The notes: a model not told the origin generated them from the letters alone. Positions 45,207 to 52,954 are shown, counted from the first letter of the stretch. The stretch: DNA of 58,357 nt from Candidatus Omnitrophota bacterium (GCA_043812035.1 JBDRMR010000072.1:1-58357), one strand, 5' to 3'. Numbers and translations: made by a program.

Positions 45207-45899
45207 TCATACATTCTTAATCATCTCTATAGTATTACCTTTTTTATCGAATCTAACCTCATCCATAAAATTAAAAATTAATGACAACCCTTTGCCCCTG
45301 GTTCTTGTATCAAACCCTCCTCCCTCATCGCTGACCGCTACCTCCAGCCGGCGGTCATCTAATTTGTAATCAACCGTTGCCAGCTTCTGGCTCTCTAACT
45401 TATTGCCGTGCTTTATGGCATTGACCACAGCTTCTTCTACGCAGAGTCTGATTTCGGTAAGAAAATACTTGTCCAGATTCAGCGAAGATAAAGATTCCAA
45501 CACCTTGTTGCTTATTGATTTTACATAAACGGGATTTGAAGGAATCTGCCATCTCCAGGATTGTCCGAATCCGGCCACCGCCTCTTCCTCGGAATTGTAA
45601 ACAGGCATAATCTGAACGAGGTGGGTAACTTCTAAGCTCTTCCTGACCACTGAGGTGAGGTTTGTAAGCGCCAGGGAATTAAGGCCTTTTTGTTTTAATT
45701 TATTATTGACCTCGAGGAACAGACCGAGTCCGGAACTGTCCGCATAAGTTAAATCCGCCCCGTGAATAACGATGTTTTTGCTCTCTTGCAAAAAAACCTC
45801 AAATTCCTGCTGTGCTCTTTCTCTGCTGTTGATAGTTAATTCTCCCTGGAGAGAAAGGACTAACGCGATAGGGGTTTTGGATTTAACGCTGATTTTCAT
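45207..45899 (-). CDS. fusion of STAS anti-sigma antagonist domain and RsbW/SpoIIAB-type serine kinase domain
   Basis: ATG 45899 with SD GGGGAAAG. STAS motif DLTYADSSGLGLF (phosphorylatable Ser present). Kinase N-box EEAVVNAIKHGN and G-box VSDEGGGFD. Confidence 0.8.
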   Translation of the reverse strand: MKISVKSKTPIALVLSLQGELTINSRERAQQEFEVFLQESKNIVIHGADLTYADSSGLGLFLEVNNKLKQKGLNSLALTNLTSVVRKSLEVTHLVQIMPVYNSEEEAVAGFGQSWRWQIPSNPVYVKSISNKVLESLSSLNLDKYFLTEIRLCVEEAVVNAIKHGNKLESQKLATVDYKLDDRRLEVAVSDEGGGFDTRTRGKGLSLIFNFMDEVRFDKKGNTIEMIKNV

Positions 45900-46845
45900 T
45901 GCTTTCCCCGAAGCATTCCTCAATGTACGTGTTTACGTAATTAATTGAGTTTGGGTGACGCATGATTAGAAGATCGGCGCCGGACTGAAGCAGCGCCACT
46001 GCAGTAGCGGCTTCCCAGATTCTGCCCCGCTCGACCTCGGGCCCCCACTGTCCAAATTCATCCTGCTTTGCCTTGGCTTCTTTTGCCCTCCAGGCTTCCT
46101 GGCCTACAAAACAAACAAACGGCATTGCCAGCATCTTATCTCCGGATAGGGCAGCAAGCCTGGCTCGCTCCATTATCGAATACGCGTATTCCAAGCCGTA
46201 ACCCAGCGCACCGATAGTCGGATTAATTACCATTCTTTCCGCGGGCATACCCATATCGGAAATAAGAATATTCAATTGCTTAGCAATGTTTATATCTATC
46301 GGCGATTCGGCGATAATATTGTGTCCGTCGGCTAGGACAGCTACGGTCAACGTCCGATAGTTATCCTGAACCGCATCGCCGAACAAACATCTCCTTCCTT
46401 GGGCTGCTTGAGAGCAGACAGGGAGCACCTCGTTATCTTTGGTATCGTCTCCGCACCCTAGAATTACAAGAGGCACATCTATTTTATTAATGAGATTACC
46501 GACCAGCTTGGCCTCTTCCTCGGGAGACCTATTTCCGAAATCGGGATGTGCGCCCTGCAGCTTTAAACATAAAATTTGGGCATTATATTCCTGAACGCAT
46601 TTCTTCGCCCATTCCAAAGGACTCTTAAATACATCCTTGTATTGAACGGCTAATTCCTCGGGCCAGTCGGAAGGAGCGACATCCCAGATTTCAAAGGCGA
46701 TTCTGGGCCTGTTCGGTATTTTTCCTTCTTTAAACAAGAAGGGCAATCCCTCCTCGCCGCCGATCTTAATGACCTTTGGTTCCTTTCCGAGCACAACTTC
46801 GTTAATCTTTGCCGAGTATTTCTGTAAAACCGGTTCTGCAGCCAT
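45883..46845 (-). CDS. acsD: corrinoid Fe-S protein small subunit (CODH/ACS delta)
   Basis: 320 aa. INEVVLGKEPKVIKIGGEEGLPFLF...RIAFEIWDV. Confidence 0.85.
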   Translation of the reverse strand: MAAEPVLQKYSAKINEVVLGKEPKVIKIGGEEGLPFLFKEGKIPNRPRIAFEIWDVAPSDWPEELAVQYKDVFKSPLEWAKKCVQEYNAQILCLKLQGAHPDFGNRSPEEEAKLVGNLINKIDVPLVILGCGDDTKDNEVLPVCSQAAQGRRCLFGDAVQDNYRTLTVAVLADGHNIIAESPIDINIAKQLNILISDMGMPAERMVINPTIGALGYGLEYAYSIMERARLAALSGDKMLAMPFVCFVGQEAWRAKEAKAKQDEFGQWGPEVERGRIWEAATAVALLQSGADLLIMRHPNSINYVNTYIEECFGESNENQR

Positions 46846-46847
46846 AG

Positions 46848-48776
46848 CTATACCTTCGCGTTAAGGAATCTTGAGTTATCCGTATGCGGGAAAAACATAG
46901 CTGCTATATATTCATCCATATAGGCGGATTCGATAGACAGCTCGTAATAAGTAACCTTCTTTGCGATCTCTTTTACCTTCTCCATTGCCTGATAAGAAAG
47001 TAAAACCCGGCACGCGCCTGCCAGGGAACTATTCCCCACGAAGATAAGCCTGTCCCGCTTAATATTCGGGAACAACCCTATACTTACCGCATTCTCAATA
47101 TTTATATATGTTCCGAATCCCCCGGCGACGAATATCTTTTTAATATCGTTAAAGTCCAGGTTTGTCTGTCTCACTAAAATCGAGGCAGCGGCAAATATAG
47201 CCGCCTTGGCGCGCTTTATATTATCGATGTCGTCTTCGGTAATTATAATATCCGAGCTTGATTCCGCTTCCTCTTTAAATGCGATGACGAATTCAAGGCC
47301 GGAATCGCCCTTTCGCAGGCGGGGGCTTTTGATTTGATTGAACTTTCCGTCTTTATTGATTGCGCCTGCTTTTAACAAGCCGGACACGATGTCGATGTAG
47401 CCTGAGCCGCAAATCCCCAGAGCCCTTCCCCGGCCGATAACTTCAAAGCCGACGCTATAGTCTTTAGGAGAAATCTTTACATTTTGTATTGCTCCTCTGG
47501 CAGCCCTTATGCCGCAAGTCAAGCCGCTGCCTTCAAATGCTGGTCCGGCCGAAGCGGCGCAGCCGATTAAAAACTCATTATTTCCCAGAACAATCTCGCC
47601 GTTTGTGCCGATGTCGATTAATAAGCATAACTGTTCTTCCTTATATATGCCGCAAGACAGAATCCCCGAACAAGTATCCCCGCCCAAATAGCTGGAGACT
47701 CCGGGAATGCAGGATAAAAGGCCGCGCGGATTTATTTTTATTCCCGCCTCGGTAGCCCGTATCGTCGGGACTAAATTTGCTGTCGGAACATATGGCTCTT
47801 TTCTGATGTAGGTTGGGTCTACCCGCAGAAGAAGATGAATCATTGTGGTATTCCCCGCGCACAGAACGCAGTTGACGTCGTTTAAATCAATGTTGTTTTC
47901 CGCAGCCAGGTCCTTAATCATCTCGTTCATAGTGTCGATAACCGCGTGGTGCAGCTTTTCCAAACCGTGCGTCTCGCGCGCGAAGATTATGCGGCTGATG
48001 ATATCGCTGCCGAAAGCGGCCTGCTTATTATATGCTGCCTTTGTGCCGAGAGCCTTTTTTTTGTTTAAATCCACCAGCTGCGAAGAAATGGTGGTGGTCC
48101 CGATATCAAAACAAATCCCGTAATTCTTGCTCGATGTGTCTCCCGGCTCAACCAGAACAATCTCTGTAGTGCCGTTCCTTTTTCCGAGAGTAACGGTTAC
48201 CTTCCATTCTGAGCCGCGCAGGATCTGCCCGAGCCTGCGTATGTTAACCAGTCCGGTCTGCATTACGGGGATATCGTGAGCCCGGCGAATCGCACGGTAC
48301 AATCTTTCTAGGTCGCTTATCCGGTCGGCGTGGTCAGGCGGAGGCAGCTCTAAAAATAATTTTGTAGCTAAAGGAGAATGAAGAAAGACTCCTTCTTCTA
48401 AAATCGGCTTCGGCGCCTCTATTTCCTCCGCCTTCGAATACAGGCCTTTTAATCTTAAATCAATTTCTTCCTGGGTTAACCTCTCGAAATCCAACCTGGA
48501 CTCGGGAGGAATTAAGACATCCAGGTCGCTTTGAACCAATGCCTGACAGGCCAGATAATAGCCCTGCCTTCTCTGCTCAGGCGAAATCCTCCCGGATGGC
48601 TGGCCTAAGACCTCGCCCTTCCTTACGATTGCTTTACACCTGCCGCAGACGCCCTCGCCGCCGCAGCTTGAATTAATGTGGATATTGGCTGTCAAAGCCG
48701 CGGCCAGGATAGTCTTGCCTTTCTCTATCTCGACGGTTTTATTGTCCGGATAAAAGGTAACTTTAAATTTTCCCAT
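46848..48776 (-). CDS. reductive activator of corrinoid Fe-S protein (RACo; 2Fe-2S ferredoxin plus ASKHA ATPase)
   Basis: 642 aa. Plant-type ferredoxin motif SSCGGEGVCGRCK, then DIGTTT and DIGTNGE ASKHA phosphate motifs. Confidence 0.85.
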   Translation of the reverse strand: MGKFKVTFYPDNKTVEIEKGKTILAAALTANIHINSSCGGEGVCGRCKAIVRKGEVLGQPSGRISPEQRRQGYYLACQALVQSDLDVLIPPESRLDFERLTQEEIDLRLKGLYSKAEEIEAPKPILEEGVFLHSPLATKLFLELPPPDHADRISDLERLYRAIRRAHDIPVMQTGLVNIRRLGQILRGSEWKVTVTLGKRNGTTEIVLVEPGDTSSKNYGICFDIGTTTISSQLVDLNKKKALGTKAAYNKQAAFGSDIISRIIFARETHGLEKLHHAVIDTMNEMIKDLAAENNIDLNDVNCVLCAGNTTMIHLLLRVDPTYIRKEPYVPTANLVPTIRATEAGIKINPRGLLSCIPGVSSYLGGDTCSGILSCGIYKEEQLCLLIDIGTNGEIVLGNNEFLIGCAASAGPAFEGSGLTCGIRAARGAIQNVKISPKDYSVGFEVIGRGRALGICGSGYIDIVSGLLKAGAINKDGKFNQIKSPRLRKGDSGLEFVIAFKEEAESSSDIIITEDDIDNIKRAKAAIFAAASILVRQTNLDFNDIKKIFVAGGFGTYINIENAVSIGLFPNIKRDRLIFVGNSSLAGACRVLLSYQAMEKVKEIAKKVTYYELSIESAYMDEYIAAMFFPHTDNSRFLNAKV

Positions 48777-48801
48777 TTTAAATGAGCACGCAACTTATGG
48801 A

Positions 48802-48922
48802 ACGAGATTCTTCACTTTGTCCTTCGTCACTTCGTTCCTCAGGACAATCCTGAGCGAAGCGAAGGACGAAGCGAAGGACGAAGCGAAGGGTCTCTCTCAC
48901 CTCCGTTGGAGGTGAGACCTCC
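48802..48922. repeat. GCGAAGG-word element (second copy, one extra 12-nt unit) plus a 10-bp hairpin
   Basis: acgagattcttc...tcctgagcgaagcgaaggacgaagcgaagg(acgaagcgaagg)g, then tctcacctcc-gttg-gaggtgaga. Confidence 0.85.
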
Positions 48923-48927
48923 AAAAA

Positions 48928-50259
48928 TTATAAGTTTTTCAAAAACGACGGTATGCCGGAGGCTTCTTTCGGCCCTACCTCGACCTGCCAATTCGTCTTC
49001 TCTTCCAAATCTCCGCTCATTACAGCCACGTATCCAGGAATAATCAAGCGTTTGTGGGAAACCTTCTCTTTTATATCGAGCTTGTCCATAGTTGCGGCAA
49101 TTACCTCTGCGGTAAATTTCTCCGCAGCCCAGGCGGTCAAGACCGACATACCTTCGGTATCTACGGTTACGATGTAAGAGGGGACTTTACTTGCCTCAAC
49201 TTCTCCCAGCACCGTGTAATAAGTCAAAGAAAAATTGGTGGTAACCAGAACCGGAGACTTATTGCTGACGCTGCCTACCGGATAAATCTTAGACTCAACC
49301 TGCAACGGCTTCTGCGGGTCAGTGTAAATGTTCTGTCTTAAAGTCAGGAGCGCTAATACCTCCCAGGATTGTGTTCCTTTAATTAAAACTACGCCGGCGT
49401 ATTTTGCGATATAAGTAGCTGCTTCAAGCGCTTCTTTAAAAGGCCGGGAGCAATCATCTATAATTGCCATGGAAGGAAATCCCAGGCTGCGCTCAGACCG
49501 ATAAAGACTGGCGCGCCGGATTTGAGTCAAATCCCAGAGCTTTTCTGCGATACTTTTCCTGCCGGTATCCAGAACCAGGTCTTCTATCCCCTGATTAATC
49601 AGCTTTTGGGTTATTTCCGATAATTCTGACAGCTCCTGAGCATGTACCGCAACCGGAACTTTAAACTCTGCGGCTATCTTACTAAGGTCTTCGTAATTGT
49701 CCCTGTCTAAGCAATAAATCAGGGGCTTCTGCGCGGAAATAATCTTCAACGCCTCTTTTTGCGCCTGGGCGTCTTTACTGATTAAAACCAGCCCCAGGTT
49801 AGTATTCTCTTTAATCAACTTTACCGTCTGAACGAATTTAGCCGCGTCTTTATTCTGCCTTATTGCTATCAAATTAGGGCGAAGCATAGAGCCGATTCTC
49901 TCAAAGCTTAATGCGTTAATATGCTTTACGGTCTTAAGGATTTCTTCCTCTTGGAGACTGTCCTCGATAATAAAACCCAGACCGCACGGATGATGGAACT
50001 TTTCCTCGTGGCGGAACATCACGGTCTCGTTCCCGACCTCCAATTTATTCTCGCCTTCGCCAATTGCAACCAGTCTTATCGGAGGCCGGCTCGCTGCTTC
50101 CAAAGTCCGCTTGGCCTCCTCGGATAAATAAGGGCATTTCACAGCCTCCACCTGCCTCTTGGCTAACTGCATAGCAAAGGCCAAGCATGTAGCGAACCCG
50201 CACTCCCGGCAGTTTGTCTTGGGCAACAGCTTATATATATCCAATCCTGATAGTGTCAT
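48928..50259 (-). CDS. acsC: corrinoid Fe-S protein large subunit (CODH/ACS gamma)
   Basis: 443 aa. N-terminal 4Fe-4S motif TNCRECGFATCLAFAM. Confidence 0.9.
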   Translation of the reverse strand: MTLSGLDIYKLLPKTNCRECGFATCLAFAMQLAKRQVEAVKCPYLSEEAKRTLEAASRPPIRLVAIGEGENKLEVGNETVMFRHEEKFHHPCGLGFIIEDSLQEEEILKTVKHINALSFERIGSMLRPNLIAIRQNKDAAKFVQTVKLIKENTNLGLVLISKDAQAQKEALKIISAQKPLIYCLDRDNYEDLSKIAAEFKVPVAVHAQELSELSEITQKLINQGIEDLVLDTGRKSIAEKLWDLTQIRRASLYRSERSLGFPSMAIIDDCSRPFKEALEAATYIAKYAGVVLIKGTQSWEVLALLTLRQNIYTDPQKPLQVESKIYPVGSVSNKSPVLVTTNFSLTYYTVLGEVEASKVPSYIVTVDTEGMSVLTAWAAEKFTAEVIAATMDKLDIKEKVSHKRLIIPGYVAVMSGDLEEKTNWQVEVGPKEASGIPSFLKNL

Positions 50260-50282
50260 GTTTAGGTTATTGGTGTTGGGTA

Positions 50283-50699
50283 TTAGGTGTTAGGTGCTAG
50301 GTCAAAAAGTTTATAATAATCTGTACTATACAACTTTTTTGCTAATAATTCAGAATCCCGATGTGTTTTTGTTTCTTTCAAATCCTTAATGAGATTATCC
50401 TTTAATTTTAAACTAATCTTTTTGTGATTAACCAGATTATAGAATTCTAACCTGATTCCAGAACCGTTTAATTTCTCGATATTCCCCTTGCCATAAGTTG
50501 CGCCGGTAGACAACTGGAGGCCGTCGATGAGACAACTTTTGGGCTTCTTATTTGCCCCCGAAACTTTTACTTTTAGACCAAAATATTTCTTTGCCTTTAA
50601 TTTTTTAAGGGCTAACTCACCGGCAAGGACACCCAGGGTCAAATAAGGGCCGAGGTGTCCGTGGAATCTCACTGTTTCTTTAAGCGTTATCTCCTTCAT
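50283..50699 (-). CDS. FmdE-domain protein
   Basis: 138 aa. RFHGHLGPYLTLGVLAG resembles the FHGH motif of FmdE/FwdE. No zinc ribbon. Confidence 0.6.
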   Translation of the reverse strand: MKEITLKETVRFHGHLGPYLTLGVLAGELALKKLKAKKYFGLKVKVSGANKKPKSCLIDGLQLSTGATYGKGNIEKLNGSGIRLEFYNLVNHKKISLKLKDNLIKDLKETKTHRDSELLAKKLYSTDYYKLFDLAPNT

Positions 50700-50722
50700 A
50701 TTGCCGACCCATCAATTAATAA

Positions 50723-51433
50723 TCAAGGATTGCGGATGACCAAACTTGCGAAATAAGCCGCGCCGAAGCCGTTATCTATATTCACTACCGAGACCCCGGG
50801 AGAACAGGCATTAAGCATTGTCAGCAAGGGGGCTAAGCCGGAAAAATTGGCACCGTAGCCAATGCTGGTAGGAACGGCAATTACCGGACAGGCAACCAAA
50901 CCGCTAACGATACTGGCTAAGGCTCCTTCCATTCCGGCGATAACGATAATCACCCGGCATTTCCTCAATATGCCCACCTTTCTCAAAACCCGATGAACGC
51001 CCGCTACACCCACATCGTATAATTTAATCGCGCGATTGTCCATAAATTCCAAAGTTGCCGCCGCCTCTTCCGCTATCGGAATGTCCGATGTTCCGGCGCA
51101 GACTATCCCGACGGTTCCGGTTTTCTCTGCCGAGCCTGCCGACTTGCCTAATCCCTTACGTGCGCCGTAAGGCTTAACATAAGCTATTCTGCCGGCCTGG
51201 TTATATTTCATTTGAGAATAAAATTTTTTAAGGTATAAGAACGTCTGCTTATTCAAGCGGGTTAACAGCAGCGGCTGTCTTTGTTTAAGTATTATCCCGG
51301 CAATTTCCCTGATCTGCTCCTTTGTCTTTCCCGGGCAATATACAACTTCGGGAAATCCCCGCCGCCTGAATCTTTCCAAATCCACACACGCAAAATCTCT
51401 TTCCTCTACAGCTTTTGCAAAGACCCTTGGCAT
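50723..51433 (-). CDS. larB: nickel-pincer cofactor biosynthesis carboxylase/hydrolase LarB (PurE-like)
   Basis: 236 aa. GFPEVVYCPGKTKEQI, CAGTSDIPIAEEA, DVGVAGVHR, AGMEGALASIVSGLV, VNIDNGFGAA. Confidence 0.8.
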   Translation of the reverse strand: MPRVFAKAVEERDFACVDLERFRRRGFPEVVYCPGKTKEQIREIAGIILKQRQPLLLTRLNKQTFLYLKKFYSQMKYNQAGRIAYVKPYGARKGLGKSAGSAEKTGTVGIVCAGTSDIPIAEEAAATLEFMDNRAIKLYDVGVAGVHRVLRKVGILRKCRVIIVIAGMEGALASIVSGLVACPVIAVPTSIGYGANFSGLAPLLTMLNACSPGVSVVNIDNGFGAAYFASLVIRNP

Positions 51434-51733
51434 TTACGTATTAAATATAATTATAATCATCAAAATAATTATCAAGAAAGATACGATATAGAAATCGTTG
51501 AAGTAAAAAAAATCTTGCAGCTTTTCGAAAACGCTTACGCGCTCCTCCATCCCGGCCGATTTTGAAATCTCCTGCTTTACCTCCTGCACGTGTTCAGGCT
51601 TAAATCTCAGATACACTCCGCCGATCTTATAGGCAGGGATTTTCCCCTGCTCGGCCAGGCCGATAACTTCTCCTTCGGAAACTCCCAACTCATGGGCGAC
51701 TTCCCTTACGGTTAAAAGCTTGTCTTGCTTCAT
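51434..51733 (-). CDS. excisionase-type HTH protein with C-terminal membrane anchor
   Basis: 99 aa. LLTVREVAHELGVSEGEVIGLAEQGKIPAYKIGGVYLRF; C-terminal FYIVSFLIIILMIIIIF. Confidence 0.65.
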   Translation of the reverse strand: MKQDKLLTVREVAHELGVSEGEVIGLAEQGKIPAYKIGGVYLRFKPEHVQEVKQEISKSAGMEERVSVFEKLQDFFYFNDFYIVSFLIIILMIIIIFNT

Positions 51734-51749
51734 GCTTTACTCTTTTGCC

Positions 51750-52250
51750 CTATCTAATCTTGCCCGAGGCTATCCAGGTGTCGATATTTTTACGTTCAAA
51801 CCTCCAGTCCTCACCCTCTCTGACTCCAGGCAGCTTTCCCGAATCGGCCCATTCCACAATGGAATTCAAATCTACTTCCAAATAACGCGCTAACTCCTCC
51901 GCGGTTAAGAAATCGTGCAACATGTAACATTTCCCGTCAAAAATCGCCCCCTCGGCAATATTCAATTTTGACGGATATATTTCTCCTTCTACGATTGCCT
52001 TGGGCAAAAGCGAAAGCATCTCTTTGGCCACGATTTTGCCTCTAACCCTGCCTCCGATAATGATGCTGTCGCCGATTATATCCGCCCTCACCATAGCGGT
52101 AGTCCCTATAGTCAGAGTTCCCCTGACTTCTAAGTTTCCTTCAAAGCTGCCGTTGATTCGCAAATTCACGGGGTCTTTAAAACTCAAGCTGCCCTGCATC
52201 GAAGCGTCCACATCCAGAAGCTTCTCCTCTATCTTTTTCCTTAAACGCAT
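51750..52250 (-). CDS. bactofilin domain fused to a C-terminal excisionase-type HTH
   Basis: Start set at ATG 52250, after the cassette SD. The ORF-track N-terminal 52 aa are the translated leader cassette. Bactofilin repeats LRINGSFEGNLEVRGTLTIG...IIGGRVRGKIVA...IAEGAIFDGKCYM. HTH LTAEELARYLEVDLNSIVEWADSGKLPG. Confidence 0.75.
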   Translation of the reverse strand: MRLRKKIEEKLLDVDASMQGSLSFKDPVNLRINGSFEGNLEVRGTLTIGTTAMVRADIIGDSIIIGGRVRGKIVAKEMLSLLPKAIVEGEIYPSKLNIAEGAIFDGKCYMLHDFLTAEELARYLEVDLNSIVEWADSGKLPGVREGEDWRFERKNIDTWIASGKIR

Positions 52251-52426
52251 TGTTTTCTCACCTCCTTCAATGAGCAGGCGATTTATGGAGCACGCAGTGC
52301 GACATAAATCGTAGGCATTGACATCTTTGATGTCAATGCCGCCTGCGAATTGAACCCAGCACTTATTTGCTGATTTAAGATACGGTTCAAATAAGTGCTG
52401 GACCAAATTCAGCCACGGCCTTCGGC
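52251..52426 (-). promoter_or_regulatory. leader cassette copy B (core 52261-52354) with upstream 14-bp hairpin X (52355-52401)
   Basis: Minus-sense TTCAAT-TC-GCAGG...GGCATTGACATC-AAA-GATGTCAATGCC...CGATTTATG-TC-GCAC-TGC-GTGC-TC-CATAAATCG-CCTGC-TC-ATTGAA-GGAGG. TTGACA, 17 nt, TACGAT is embedded. Confidence 0.8.
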
Positions 52427-52873
52427 CTATTTAGAAAGCCCTTTTTCCAGTTGGCCCAGGAAAAAGAGGATCGCTATCGCCAGAACAGCGGTGACTAAAC
52501 TGGCCAGGTAAAAACCGCAGCCTATGCCCATACCGATTCCCGCAACGAGCCAGAGACTGGCAGCTGTTGTTAAGCCTCTTACCGCTTCTCCTGAACGGAT
52601 TATTGCGCCTGCGCCGAGAAAACCGATTCCGGTAATTATCCCGGCGGCGATTCGTGCGGGGTCTAAAGTAGCTACGTCCTTATATATATCAAAAACATAT
52701 TGAGATGTCAACATTATAAGGCAGGAACCTAATGACACCAGGATATGCGTGCGCAAGCCGGCACTGCGTTTCTTAACCTCCCGCTCAAAGCCAATTAACC
52801 CGCCTAAGATTATCGCTAAAATCAAACGCCCAAAAATAGCCAAAGGAGCAATCATCTTCTCCACCTCCTTCAA
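52427..52873 (-). CDS. MgtC/SapB family membrane protein
   Basis: 148 aa. GFEREVKKRSAGLRTHILV, 4-5 TM helices. Confidence 0.85.
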   Translation of the reverse strand: MKEVEKMIAPLAIFGRLILAIILGGLIGFEREVKKRSAGLRTHILVSLGSCLIMLTSQYVFDIYKDVATLDPARIAAGIITGIGFLGAGAIIRSGEAVRGLTTAASLWLVAGIGMGIGCGFYLASLVTAVLAIAILFFLGQLEKGLSK

Positions 52874-52954
52874 TGAGCAGATAACTTATGGAGCGTAAGC
52901 GACATAAGTTATAGGCATTGACATCGTAGATGTCAATGCCGTCTGCGAATTGAA
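52864..52954 (-). promoter_or_regulatory. leader cassette copy C (91 nt, identical to copy D)
   Basis: Minus-sense TTCAAT-TC-GCAGA-C-GGCATTGACATC-TAC-GATGTCAATGCC-T-ATAACTTATG-TC-GC-TTAC-GC-TC-CATAAGTTAT-CTGC-TC-ATTGAA-GGAGG. TTGACA (52936-52931), 17 nt, TATAAC (52913-52908). Confidence 0.85.
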
